Assembly (NCBI GenBank): GCA_035477215.1
Contig: DATIKU010000036.1
Coordinates: 3,265 to 67,264, forward strand
Reading direction: 5' to 3'
Source of the DNA: Spirochaetota bacterium
Lineage (GTDB): Bacteria > Spirochaetota > UBA4802 > UBA5368
DNA length: 64,000 nt
Shown here: piece after piece, positions 42,976 to 52,719 of the stretch
Layout of the letters: each line of letters begins with the position of its first letter
How positions within the stretch are numbered: position 1 is the stretch's first letter
The notes under the pieces: model-generated
What the model saw: the letters and a program-made list of their open reading frames with translations, nothing else
What the model was told of the DNA's origin: nothing
The model's database searches: none
Program-made: the position numbers and the translations under genes

Positions 42976-43647
42976 TCAGCGTCCGGCGAGACTCTTTACA
43001 AAGAGAAGCGCGCGCGCGTCCGGGGCGTCGGGCCACAGCCCCGGCCCGAGCGTGCGCTCCTGTATAAATCCGTGCTTCCGATAAAACGGCAGCGCCTTTT
43101 CGTTGCGCATGGAGGTAGACAGGTGTATGCCGGCGACCCCCGCGGCGCGAACACGCGCTTCGAAGAGCTCCATGAGGACCGAGCCGGCCCCGCCACGCTG
43201 GAATCCGGCGAGCAGATTGATATGAAGGTGCGCCGGATAGGCCTCGAACACGTCATCCATGGCGCCCTGGGTGGCGCTAATCCGGCGGAAATGCGACAGC
43301 GCCCTAAAGGACTCCGGATAGCGCCACCAGCTCACCGCCAGGGCGCGCAGAACGATCCGCGGGATCATTCGGCGACGGAAGCGGCGCGCCTGGGCGCGCG
43401 AATCGGTAGTGCCCAGAATGTAGCCCGCAACGCGGTCATCGGCGTCGACGGCGACGAACGCGTTCCACGGTTCATAAAGCGTATAGTAGCTCGCGAAGAG
43501 CAATGCGAGAAGCCTGCGGTCATCGAAGCGGCCGCTTCCTTCGAGGTCCTCGCCATGGTAGCCGGTATGGTAACACACCCGGGCTATGCCGGCGGCATCC
43601 CCGCGCACGGCCGAACGGAAACGGAGCGGTCCTGAATAAGCGTTCAT
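42976..43647 (-). CDS. GNAT-family N-acetyltransferase
   Basis: 223 aa. AGYILGTTDS..., AHLHINLLAGFQRGGAGSVLMELFEARVRAAGVAGIHLSTSMRNEKALPFYRKHGF matches the acetyl-CoA-binding motif A (Q/R-x-x-G-x-G/A). Confidence 0.75.
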   Translation of the reverse strand: MNAYSGPLRFRSAVRGDAAGIARVCYHTGYHGEDLEGSGRFDDRRLLALLFASYYTLYEPWNAFVAVDADDRVAGYILGTTDSRAQARRFRRRMIPRIVLRALAVSWWRYPESFRALSHFRRISATQGAMDDVFEAYPAHLHINLLAGFQRGGAGSVLMELFEARVRAAGVAGIHLSTSMRNEKALPFYRKHGFIQERTLGPGLWPDAPDARALLFVKSLAGR

Positions 43648-43721
43648 ATCAATTCGCCCTGATTGATTACAGTCAGCGGGACCGTGCGGCCGGGAAAACC
43701 GGCGGGGATGCCGACGCGGCG

Positions 43722-44381
43722 TCAGTTGTAGGTGGCCGAGAACACTATCCCCGCGACCGTATTATACACGGTATAGCGCCCGCTGAAGGGCGCCGAGTCC
43801 CGCGTCTGCATCCTGCTTGCGTACGCAAAGATTGCGACCCCCAGGCCCCAGTTATCGGAGACCCACCATTCCTTGCCCGCGGAGACATACACGCCGGCGC
43901 CATGATCGGTGCTGCCCTCTGCCTTGTCGATCTCGAGCCGGTCCCTGCTCAAAGTAACCGAACCGGAAATATACATATTGACGGGCATGAAATACCAGCA
44001 CGCGCCCAGGCCCGTATCAGACATCGTGAGCGTGACGTCGCTTTGCGGGGTGGTCGCGATATAGCCCCGCTCGCCCTTTATGGACGGATCAGTCAGACTG
44101 ATGGCCCCCAGTTCACCGTAGATGATGAGGTTCTCGAACACCGCCCCCCCAAGCTGAAAACGAAACGCCCCAGCGTTGCCGCTCATCGTAATGTCGCGCC
44201 CGCCGACGTCTTTTTCCAGCGTGCGTCCGAACCCAAAACCGGTCTGAAAGCGTAAAAAGAGTCCGTCATGGCGGAAAGCGCTCTCGGGCGGAGCCGCCTC
44301 TTCCGGCTGCGCATGGAGCGAACCGACCATCGAGAGTGCAAGAAGCGTCGAAACCGCGATGGCGAAGGCGCGATGTCTCAT
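43722..44381 (-). CDS. Outer-membrane beta-barrel protein (small porin/OmpW-like class)
   Basis: 219 aa. Signal peptide MRHRAFAIAVSTLLALSMVGSLHA and alternating amphipathic beta strands rich in G/Y/F. Confidence 0.55.
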   Translation of the reverse strand: MRHRAFAIAVSTLLALSMVGSLHAQPEEAAPPESAFRHDGLFLRFQTGFGFGRTLEKDVGGRDITMSGNAGAFRFQLGGAVFENLIIYGELGAISLTDPSIKGERGYIATTPQSDVTLTMSDTGLGACWYFMPVNMYISGSVTLSRDRLEIDKAEGSTDHGAGVYVSAGKEWWVSDNWGLGVAIFAYASRMQTRDSAPFSGRYTVYNTVAGIVFSATYN

Positions 44382-44461
44382 GCCGCCAGCTTAGTCAATG
44401 CCCGGTGAAAAACAAGCACAAAACGGAAAGCGACGCCGGTTCGTCGCCGACGGCGGACCAT

Positions 44462-45430
44462 CTACCGGCAGCAGTTTTCGGGGGTTTCTCCGCATGAGAG
44501 ACCGCGCTCGACCTGTATGGCCGTGTGGCTAATGCCGAATTCCCGCTTAAGCATGGCGTTCGCGCCGGCGATCACCGCGTCGGTATCGCCGGACTCGCCC
44601 GGCAGAGTGCGGATATGGCACGACAGAAAAACCTCGGACGAACTGATCGACCATATATGCAGCCCGTGAACGCCGCACACACCCGGAAGGGCGAGGAGCC
44701 CGCGATATACGGCATCGGTATCGACCCCCGACGGCGTCCCCTGCATAAATATCCGCAGGGATTCCCGCACGATGTCCATTGAGCTCCAGATGATCATGAC
44801 CGCAATCACCAGGGCCACCGCGAGGTCGAGCAGAATGATGTCGGTGAAAACAAGCGCCACGCCCACCCCGATAACGGCGACCGACGAGATCGCATCATAC
44901 ACCATGTGCAGGAAGGCGGCCCGCATGTTGAGGTTGTCTTTTCGGCTGCGGTTGAGCACCAGTATGGAAAACACGTTCCCGGCGAGGCCCACCAGCGCGA
45001 CGGGCAGCAGGATGTAAGGGTTCACCGGCACCGGGTTCATGTACCGCTCGACCGCTTCGTAGACAATGTACAGGCCGATGGCCACGAGGCTGAGGGCGTT
45101 TACGAGCGCCACGAGCACCTCGAAGCGCTTGAGGCCGAAGGTAAAACGGCGGCTTGGAAAGCCCTTCGAGACGCGCTCCCCCGCGTATCCGAGCGCGAGC
45201 GCGAGGACGTCGGCCAGATTGTGTCCTGCGTCGGAGATGAGCGCGAGGCTTCCAGAAAGCACGCCCCCGATGTATTGCGCCGCGGCAATGACGGCGTTGA
45301 ACGCTATTACCAGAAGGAGCTTCCTCCCCCCGGTCCACTCGCGGCATTCGCCGGCATGGTCGTGATGATGACGGTGATGCACGCTCCCGCCCCTCCTGTC
45401 AGATCCGTCCGTATCTTGCATATAGCGCAT
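44462..45430 (-). CDS. Cation diffusion facilitator (CDF) family metal efflux transporter (CzcD/ZitB-like)
   Basis: 322 aa. His-rich N-terminus HHRHHHDH, LALISDAGHNLADVLAL (TM2 H-D site), FLHMVYDAISS (TM5) and a C-terminal cytoplasmic domain. Confidence 0.85.
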   Translation of the reverse strand: MRYMQDTDGSDRRGGSVHHRHHHDHAGECREWTGGRKLLLVIAFNAVIAAAQYIGGVLSGSLALISDAGHNLADVLALALGYAGERVSKGFPSRRFTFGLKRFEVLVALVNALSLVAIGLYIVYEAVERYMNPVPVNPYILLPVALVGLAGNVFSILVLNRSRKDNLNMRAAFLHMVYDAISSVAVIGVGVALVFTDIILLDLAVALVIAVMIIWSSMDIVRESLRIFMQGTPSGVDTDAVYRGLLALPGVCGVHGLHIWSISSSEVFLSCHIRTLPGESGDTDAVIAGANAMLKREFGISHTAIQVERGLSCGETPENCCR

Positions 45431-45434
45431 GCGC

Positions 45435-46589
45435 TCAGTGTTTTCCCGTCAGCAGATCATAGAGCCTTCCCAGCGAACAGACGTAGCCGAACTCGTTGTC
45501 GTACCAGAAGTTGAGGTCGACCATGGTGTAGTACCGGTCGCCCCGCTTCGACGTACGACGGTGGGTGAACCTGGAATCGTAGATCGTCGAGTGGGTGCAT
45601 CCCACGATGTCGGCGCTTACCAACTGCTCTTCCGAGTAGCGCATGATGTCCGGATTCTTGCGCGCGTACTCCCTGAACATTCCGTGGACGTGTTCGTTGT
45701 CGTAATCTCCCAGGAGCGACACGTCGAGGATCACGATCGAGCCGGTCATGGTGGGCACACGGATCGACGATGCCTGGGAGCCTATGCCCAGTTCGCGGAT
45801 GTCGGGGATCACCTCTATCACCGCGTTCGCCGCGCCGGTCGAGGTCGGTATCATGTTGTTCAGCGTGGAGCGCTTTTTGCGTGTGTCCTTTTCGCCGTCT
45901 TTCGGAAGAATGTCCAGCACGCTCTGGGAGTTCGTCGCCGCGTGCACCGTGGTGAGCGAGTACGAGATGAAGCGCTCGCCGAAATGGTCCACAAGGGCCT
46001 TGATCGGCGGGGCGCAGCAGTTGGTGGTGCACGACGCGTTCGATATCACGCTGTGCCGCGCGGAGTCATACGCCGAAAAGTTCACGCCGCCAACGAGCGT
46101 CACCGCGTCATCGGGCATCGGAGTTCCCTTCTTTTTTATCTTGAATGGGGCGCTGAGCACCACCTTCTTCGCATGGCCGAGGTGCCCCCGGAGAGCGTTT
46201 TCGTCGTTCACCGTCGGATCGGTGTACTTGCCGGTCGTGTCAAACACCACCTCCACGCCGTTCTCCGCCCAGGGCACGCCGCCCGGCGTACGGTGTGCGG
46301 CGTCCGAAAGCCAAATGATCCTCACGCCGTTGAGAAACAGTTCGCCGTTTTTCACCTCGACCGCGCCCCGGCCCAGAAAGCCCCCCACGAAACGCGAATA
46401 GGGACCGTAGGTCGAATCGTACCCGAGGTAGGTCGCAAGGTCCTCCACCCCCCGGCCCGTCTTTCTGCCCGTCGCGATCACGACCGCCCCGTGCTCCTTC
46501 CTCGCCGAGATGAGCCATACCAGAAGCTTGCCGATTCGGCCGATGCCGAAAACGCCGACCGGCGCCTTCGGCGACACTGCACTGCTCAT
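45435..46589 (-). CDS. Glyceraldehyde-3-phosphate dehydrogenase family protein (divergent, about 384 aa)
   Basis: ATG 46589 (GGAGG upstream). NAD-binding VGVFGIGRIGK, catalytic SNASCTTNCCAPPIKAL and WYDNEFGY near the C-terminus. Confidence 0.75.
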   Translation of the reverse strand: MSSAVSPKAPVGVFGIGRIGKLLVWLISARKEHGAVVIATGRKTGRGVEDLATYLGYDSTYGPYSRFVGGFLGRGAVEVKNGELFLNGVRIIWLSDAAHRTPGGVPWAENGVEVVFDTTGKYTDPTVNDENALRGHLGHAKKVVLSAPFKIKKKGTPMPDDAVTLVGGVNFSAYDSARHSVISNASCTTNCCAPPIKALVDHFGERFISYSLTTVHAATNSQSVLDILPKDGEKDTRKKRSTLNNMIPTSTGAANAVIEVIPDIRELGIGSQASSIRVPTMTGSIVILDVSLLGDYDNEHVHGMFREYARKNPDIMRYSEEQLVSADIVGCTHSTIYDSRFTHRRTSKRGDRYYTMVDLNFWYDNEFGYVCSLGRLYDLLTGKH

Positions 46590-46655
46590 ACCGCACCTCC
46601 GTAGACCACTGCTCTGTTTATGACAGGATTGTCTTCTCCCTTCCGCCAATCCATT

Positions 46656-49600
46656 TTACAACCTTTTTTTAACCGTCGCGTGAAAGCCCGAGTATACGTG
46701 CCCGGTCGAACCGTCTATGGTCAGAAAATCCCCCTCGGCTATCACGAACCGCCCCTTTCCCTGCGCCTCGAGGTTCACAACCGCGCGGTTGGCCCCTTCG
46801 TCGACCCTCATGACCGAGAAGTCGCTCACGCCGGATTTTTCGAGCCGGCGCATCTGCAGAACGGCGTGCGAGGTCATGCCGCCCACGCTGGTAAGAATGC
46901 CTTCCGATTTCTTTATGCCGATCACGTCCTCGGGGTTGGTCTCCGGCCTCACCAGAATGATCTTGTCGCCTTTAAAACGCTTGCGAATGATATCGATCCG
47001 GTCGATATCGAACACCGCGCGCCCGCAGACCGCGCCGCCCGAGGCGGCCAGCCCCTTGCCCAGCAGGTATTCCAACAGAGCGAGCGGTCCCTCATCGAGC
47101 TCGTCCGTCTCGAAGATGTGATTGGTGATGCCGCGTATCTGGAGAATATAGAGCGTATCGTTCTCAAGGGTGAATTCTATCTCTACCTCGTTGCCCCAGC
47201 GCTCGCGGATGCGCTTCACGGCATCGTACACCTTGCGGTACTGCTCGGGATAGCTTCGCTCCATGGACGAGAATGGACTCGAGGCCGTGTAGGTCGAGCG
47301 CTGCTGTTCGCTGATCGGGAACACGCGCGCCACGCCGCTGACGATGTCGTGCCCCTGTGCGCGGGTCTTGTACTCGCCGAAGAGGCCGATGTTCTCGTAG
47401 CCCAGGTAGTGGCTGTGCACGACGCCGGTGATGGAATTGGGAGAGTTGTTGCCGAAGACCATCTTCTGTACGATGACCGCCGTGCCCCACTCGTCGGACA
47501 TGTTGACGAACTGCCGGTAGTTGCGTGCAACCGGCGAGTTCCACGACTGGTACACCGCCACGATCGCATGATAGAGCTGTTCGTAGTGGTCCTTCGGCAC
47601 CGAGAAACCGGCCCGGTTGATCGCATAGCGGTATTTCTTGGTGAGTATCTCCATCTGCCTGCCGGTAAGCTTCTCCTTGAGGTCGACGGCCGCCTCCTCC
47701 TTGGCCTGCGTCATGAGCCGCTCGTAGAGCGCGCGGTCCATCCCGTAATAGGAGAGCGCGAAGTCGTGGATAAGCCTCCTGTAGCAGTCGTAGGCGAACC
47801 AGGGGTCCTGCCGCGCGTAATAATCGATGACGTCCTGGGTGATCCCGACGTTCGTTATGGTGTCCATCACGCCAGGCATCGAGAACACCCCGCCGCTTCG
47901 CACCGACAGAAGCACCGGGTTGGAGGGATTGCCGAAGCGCCCGTCGGTGAGCCGGTCGACGTACTGCCTGAGCGAGAAGATGATCTTGCGCTGAAAGCGC
48001 GGATTGCGCACGTCGCCCTCGCGCAGGCGCTTGTAGAGCTCGGCCGAGAGCACTATGCCCTCGGGCACGCTTATGCTTTCCATGTTCGCGGCGATCACCA
48101 GCCCCTGCGCCTTGCCTCCGGCGAGCCACAGCGGCACGAAGAGCTCGCTGTAGGAATGCCGTCCCGGGTATTTGCCAATGGGGAAGAAGATATCCCCTTT
48201 GGCGCGCCGAACATCGCACGCATTGAGGCACACCGAATCGTCGCCCCGCCCAAGGGCCTGGTCCATGCGCTCCCGCAGGCGGATGAGCATGTTGTCGAAG
48301 AGCTGGAGCAGCGGCGAGAGCATGATCTGGCTGCGCAGAAAACGGTCGGCGATGACGTCGGCGCTGCCGCGGCCTTCGCCGGGAAGATAATCCTCAACGA
48401 TTCGGCCGGCGCCTATATTGTTGATGATGGCGGTACAGACGTACTTGTACATCTCGTTGAAGTGGTCCGACACCTCTCCGTGGATGGTGAAGAGGCTCGT
48501 GACGATGTCCCTGAACTGGGACAGCCTGAGATTCGGCGCGTCCATGAGGCTCAGGACCGAGCGCATCTCCTGGCCTGAAAGGCCGTCAATCTCGAAGGTC
48601 CTGCCGAAAAGTCGCATAACGCGGCGCGTCTCCCCGAAGTCAAGCGCCCTGCCGGAGAAGACGCTGCACGTTTCCACCATGGACTCGAAGAGCCTTTCGC
48701 GGATGAGGTTGCAGTGGAAGAACACCTTCAGCGTGTCGAACTTCTTCTCCTTGTACGAGCCGTACATGGAGGGAATGCCGAACGCGATGTGCCGCTTGAA
48801 CTCGATGGTGTCGAGCGGCTCGAACACCTTTCCCGAAAGCAGGATGTCCCACTTGAGCGAATACTGGAGGTCGAGCAGCGCCCCGAGCGCCGCGTACGGG
48901 TCGCTTCCGCGCAGCGCCTCGAACAGGTCCTCCGGCGGGGCGAAGAGCCCCTCGCGCGCGTACGCCTCGAGCTTCTCGACGTCGCGCACCTTAGAAAAGT
49001 TGTACTTGTCGAAGATCATGCGGTAGACGTGCAGAAAGGTGATGAACTTCTCGATGTTGACCCTTGAGATGTCGAGAAAGCGCACGTTCTCGAACATCTT
49101 CCGGAATTCCTCGTCCGAGATGTCGTAGAGGAACTTCCATATCTTCGTCTTCGAGGTGTCGATGTCGAACATGTTCTTGATGAAATGCAGCATCTTAGTC
49201 ATCTCGGCGGGAAAGCGCGTGTCGAAATACTCCTCGAAACAGCCGATGGCGTCCGTGCGCTCCGCGTCGCTCACGCCCTGCATCGCCGCCACGGCGGCGA
49301 ATTCGATGAAGCGCTTCTTCCCCACCGCGCCCAGGAAGTCCCAGAAGTGCCCGTCGGCGACTTCGCTGAAATGCCTCCGCGCGGCCTCGAACAGCGCCTG
49401 CGCCGCCGGTTCGTTGTCGAGATTGATCAGACGCCAGGCGCGCGGCAGGGTATCGTACACCTCCGCCGGCACCAGGCCCTCGAGCAGGCGCCCCTCGCCG
49501 GTCATCCAGAATTCCATGATACGCTGAATGAGGAGCACCGTGCGGCTCGACGACTCCACGTGCACCTGCTTCCTGAGAAAGTGCACCAGGTCGTTCATCC

Positions 49601-51056
49601 GGTGGTTGGTGTCGATCTTCTCGGTGAAGGAGCGTATGTCGCCCGTCGCCCCGATATCGTGATAAAAGGCGGGAAAGACCGCCGCAAGCGAGGTGATGAG
49701 ATGGAATACGTCCTTATAATCGCTGTTGAGGAGCTGCGAGATGTCTCGCTGGAAGACATCTGTGTCCTTGAGGAACACGCCGCCGAGCTTCAGGTTGACG
49801 ATGAGCCCGGCGGCGAGCTTCTTCATGACAGGCGGATCGATCTCGATGAGCCGCATCCACGTGCGGATGTTCTCAAGGTGGCTGGAGTTGACGATCACCG
49901 ACCAGTCCGATGCGATGCCGGAGAACTCGGGGAATCGAAAGCGCGACTGGATGAGGATGTCCACGAAATGGTCGATGAGCGAGACCCTTCCGGACTCGAC
50001 GACCGTCTTGCCGATGGTGTAGATGGTGGCGAAGGCCGAATAATAGCTACCGTCCGATTCGACCTCACGCAGGAGGAGCGGCATCACCATGTCGACGACG
50101 CTTTTAAGGAGCGAACCCCGACCCGAGCCGTCGAGCGCACCGCAGAAGGAGGCGACGCTACGCGAGATGAAAAGCTGGAGGTCCCGGTCATCGCCCTCCT
50201 GCGCCCTGCGGATGAGGAAGGCGAGCAGCGCGAGAACCCCCTCCTCGCTCGAAACGGAGCCCCGTTCCACAAGACCCCTGCCGACCGCGCAGATGCGCTC
50301 CCACGTGCGCGTGTTGCGCGAGAAATCGGCCACGGATGCGATCCGCGCGAAGCGTTCCGCCGCGCTCCCCGCATTGGGCCGGGCGGCCAGAAGCACATCC
50401 TCCCGCTTCCTGCGCTGCGAAACCTTTTCCAGAAGCTCGAAGAGCTCCGCGGTGCCGGCGTCACGGCCCAGCGCCGCGCGCAGATTCTCCACCTCGACAT
50501 CGCGCGCCGAGACCGATCGCTCCGCGTGAAGGGCGAGCTGCCCCACGAGCAGGTCGCTTACCAGGTCGAGGATGCCGTCCCCCGCACCGGAGTTCGCCGC
50601 GAGGACGCCACCGACCCTGCAAACCCTTTCGTTGACCCCCTCGAAATAATAGCCGTCGGCGCTCTCGCGCTTCATGAGGTCCAGGTAGTCGCGGGCGAAC
50701 TCGTGGAAACGGAGCGCGATCGGCCCAAGCTCGGCGCGCCCCTCCGCGATCGCAGTGAGTACGAACAGGTACCGGTCGAAAAATGTCTCGCCGGCCCTGA
50801 GGGTGGATCCCTTTTTTCTTAGCGTGGCCTCGCGCAGGTAGTGGAAGATGACCGGCAGCACCGTATCCGCGTGGGGGGAAATATCGTGGATATGATCGAA
50901 CAGGTACGAGCGGATGCCCGCCACCACATGTTTCCAGTCGATATTGGGGTGCGACATCTCCGCGATGAGACTCTCAACCCTCACGATGGCGCCGGCCCGC
51001 CCCTCGATCGGGACAAGCAGGTTCCGCGGATCATAAGCGTCGGGTTCGACCATCAT
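46656..51056 (-). CDS. 1466-aa protein: about 930-aa helical N-terminal region of unknown function plus PPDK-type ATP-grasp nucleotide-binding domain plus PEP-utilising-enzyme phospho-histidine swivel domain; no PEP/pyruvate TIM barrel
   Basis: C-terminal third: GGKAQGL, PVLLSVRSGGVFSMPGVMDTITNVG, WGTAVIVQKMVFGN, EVEIEFTLENDTLYILQIR, SEGILTSVGGMTSHAVLQMRR (His1397 codon at 46866-46868), FLTIDGSTGHVY. The ORF then stops. Confidence 0.75.
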   Translation of the reverse strand: MMVEPDAYDPRNLLVPIEGRAGAIVRVESLIAEMSHPNIDWKHVVAGIRSYLFDHIHDISPHADTVLPVIFHYLREATLRKKGSTLRAGETFFDRYLFVLTAIAEGRAELGPIALRFHEFARDYLDLMKRESADGYYFEGVNERVCRVGGVLAANSGAGDGILDLVSDLLVGQLALHAERSVSARDVEVENLRAALGRDAGTAELFELLEKVSQRRKREDVLLAARPNAGSAAERFARIASVADFSRNTRTWERICAVGRGLVERGSVSSEEGVLALLAFLIRRAQEGDDRDLQLFISRSVASFCGALDGSGRGSLLKSVVDMVMPLLLREVESDGSYYSAFATIYTIGKTVVESGRVSLIDHFVDILIQSRFRFPEFSGIASDWSVIVNSSHLENIRTWMRLIEIDPPVMKKLAAGLIVNLKLGGVFLKDTDVFQRDISQLLNSDYKDVFHLITSLAAVFPAFYHDIGATGDIRSFTEKIDTNHRMNDLVHFLRKQVHVESSSRTVLLIQRIMEFWMTGEGRLLEGLVPAEVYDTLPRAWRLINLDNEPAAQALFEAARRHFSEVADGHFWDFLGAVGKKRFIEFAAVAAMQGVSDAERTDAIGCFEEYFDTRFPAEMTKMLHFIKNMFDIDTSKTKIWKFLYDISDEEFRKMFENVRFLDISRVNIEKFITFLHVYRMIFDKYNFSKVRDVEKLEAYAREGLFAPPEDLFEALRGSDPYAALGALLDLQYSLKWDILLSGKVFEPLDTIEFKRHIAFGIPSMYGSYKEKKFDTLKVFFHCNLIRERLFESMVETCSVFSGRALDFGETRRVMRLFGRTFEIDGLSGQEMRSVLSLMDAPNLRLSQFRDIVTSLFTIHGEVSDHFNEMYKYVCTAIINNIGAGRIVEDYLPGEGRGSADVIADRFLRSQIMLSPLLQLFDNMLIRLRERMDQALGRGDDSVCLNACDVRRAKGDIFFPIGKYPGRHSYSELFVPLWLAGGKAQGLVIAANMESISVPEGIVLSAELYKRLREGDVRNPRFQRKIIFSLRQYVDRLTDGRFGNPSNPVLLSVRSGGVFSMPGVMDTITNVGITQDVIDYYARQDPWFAYDCYRRLIHDFALSYYGMDRALYERLMTQAKEEAAVDLKEKLTGRQMEILTKKYRYAINRAGFSVPKDHYEQLYHAIVAVYQSWNSPVARNYRQFVNMSDEWGTAVIVQKMVFGNNSPNSITGVVHSHYLGYENIGLFGEYKTRAQGHDIVSGVARVFPISEQQRSTYTASSPFSSMERSYPEQYRKVYDAVKRIRERWGNEVEIEFTLENDTLYILQIRGITNHIFETDELDEGPLALLEYLLGKGLAASGGAVCGRAVFDIDRIDIIRKRFKGDKIILVRPETNPEDVIGIKKSEGILTSVGGMTSHAVLQMRRLEKSGVSDFSVMRVDEGANRAVVNLEAQGKGRFVIAEGDFLTIDGSTGHVYSGFHATVKKRL

Positions 51057-51211
51057 GCCGCCCTATCGGCGAGTCCGCCGATCATTTGTCGGTAGCGCTG
51101 ATGCAGAATGTGAAATCATCGGGTTCGCCCGGTGTGCGTGATATCCGTTTTATACTATTATAATAAATATTTACGAATAGCCCCTGTTGTGTCAACGACA
51201 AGTCGCCCCGG

Positions 51212-51242
51212 AAAAACAAAAAAGGAGGATGGGGATCCTCCT
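51212..51242 (-). terminator. Rho-independent terminator after the sigma-factor gene
   Basis: The minus strand reads AGGAGGATCCCCATCCTCCT followed by TTTTTGTTTTT, about 40 nt after the stop at 51282. Confidence 0.8.
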
Positions 51243-51281
51243 GAAGCGGGAATGGGGTAGAGACCGGCTTGGGCAAGCCTG

Positions 51282-52118
51282 TTACATCAGATAGTTTTCC
51301 AGGTGCGCGTACGTCTTCCTGATTTTCTTCATGGCCCTCGACTCGATCTGCCGCACCGTTTCGGCGGAGATGCCGAATTCGGCCCCCACCTCCTTCAGCG
51401 TGACCGGCCGCTCGTCGTCGAAACCGAAGCGCATCCGTAAAATCTTTTTTTCGTTATTCATGAGCGAGGACATCGCCTCTTCCAGTTCCCCGCGGAGATC
51501 CTTCCGGTAAACGGCCTGGTCGGGCGACTGGTACTTCTCGTCGCACACCACCTCATAGAGGTTGAACTCGTCGTCGTTGAGCGGATGCTCGAGCGATACC
51601 GTCGGCTGAAACACCTCGATGATATCGACCACCGTGTTCTCATCGACCCCCAGGAGATCGGCGATCTCCCTGGTCGACGGCTCCTTGCCCAGGTCGTTCG
51701 TCAGCGATTCCTGCGCCATCCTGACCTTTTTGAAGAGGTCGCCCTTGCGAATCGGGATGCGGATTGCCCGGCTCCGTTTTGCGATAAAGCGGGTGATGTA
51801 ATGCTTTATCCAGTACGACGCGTAGGTCGAAAAACGGCAGCCCATCTTGTAATCGAACTTCTCGGCCGCCCGCATGAGACCGATGTTCCCCTCCTGCACC
51901 AGGTCGATGAGCGAGGGTTCCAGGCCGGTGTAGTTCTTCGCAATCTTGACCACCAGTCGAAGGTTGGCGTTTACAAGCCGCTCCCTGGCGAGCTCGTCTC
52001 CTTCTCCTTTCGCGATGGCCAGCTCGACTTCCTCCTCGGCCGTGAGGAGCTTCACCGCGTTGATTGCGTGGAAATACTGACTGATGCTGATTTCATCATA
52101 GCCTTCGTACGCTCTCAT
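51282..52118 (-). CDS. RpoD/RpoS-family (group-2-like) sigma-70 factor, 278 aa
   Basis: ATG 52118 (AAGGAG upstream). LRLVVKIAKNYTG, DLVQEGNIGLMRAAEKFDYKMGCRFSTYASYWIKHYI (regions 2.1-2.4), region 3 STREIADLLGV, region 4 LKEVGAEFGISAETVRQIESRAMKKIR. Confidence 0.85.
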   Translation of the reverse strand: MRAYEGYDEISISQYFHAINAVKLLTAEEEVELAIAKGEGDELARERLVNANLRLVVKIAKNYTGLEPSLIDLVQEGNIGLMRAAEKFDYKMGCRFSTYASYWIKHYITRFIAKRSRAIRIPIRKGDLFKKVRMAQESLTNDLGKEPSTREIADLLGVDENTVVDIIEVFQPTVSLEHPLNDDEFNLYEVVCDEKYQSPDQAVYRKDLRGELEEAMSSLMNNEKKILRMRFGFDDERPVTLKEVGAEFGISAETVRQIESRAMKKIRKTYAHLENYLM

Positions 52119-52505
52119 GCAACTCTCCTTCTCTAAGGGGTACTGACCATTAACAAGCAATAATCGTTCCAGAAGTCCCTGCGCTCGATCATTAATCAAT
52201 ATTACTTCAAACAGCGCCCCTGGCGGAAACACGATCGTCCCGGGAGCGCAAAAGCGCCGGTTTTTCCAGTATAAACAGCGTTTATGCGGTTTATTTTACG
52301 TGCATCGACTGCGGAAGGCGGCTATATTCATGCGCTCCGGCAAAGTGGAGGTACCGGTATATCCTGATAGGGCCGTTCGACCGGCAACAAATAGCGCATC
52401 TGGAGTGTAAAAAGCACACAATAGTGTATTATTTACACATATCTCGCTCGCCAGTGTGTAATTTTTACACTGGTGGTTCTTTTCGAATAGATAGTGCGCG
52501 GGGGG

Positions 52506-52706
52506 TTACTTGATGTTATACTTCTTTTTAAATTTATCCACGCGTCCGGTGGCGTCCAGAATCTTGTGCTGCTTCGTATAGAAGGGATGGCATGCGGAGC
52601 ATATTTCCACGCGGAGGTCCTTGGAGGTCGAGCGCGTCTTGATCTCGTTTCCACACGCGCACCTGACGACGGTTTCCTTATATTCGGGATGAATGTTCGG
52701 CTTCAT
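52506..52706 (-). CDS. rpmE: 50S ribosomal protein L31
   Basis: 66 aa. [46 protein letters not shown]...[10 protein letters not shown] is the canonical Zn-ribbon (type A) form. Confidence 0.95.
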   Translation of the reverse strand: MKPNIHPEYKETVVRCACGNEIKTRSTSKDLRVEICSACHPFYTKQHKILDATGRVDKFKKKYNIK

Positions 52707-52719
52707 TTCAGTCTCCTCA

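Noticed and set aside
51150-51200. Sigma-70 promoter for the 1466-aa gene (TTGACA ... TATAAT on the minus strand)
   Set aside because: Both hexamers exist in the AT-rich spacer, but by my count they are ~27 nt apart, too far for a canonical promoter. I left it uncalled.
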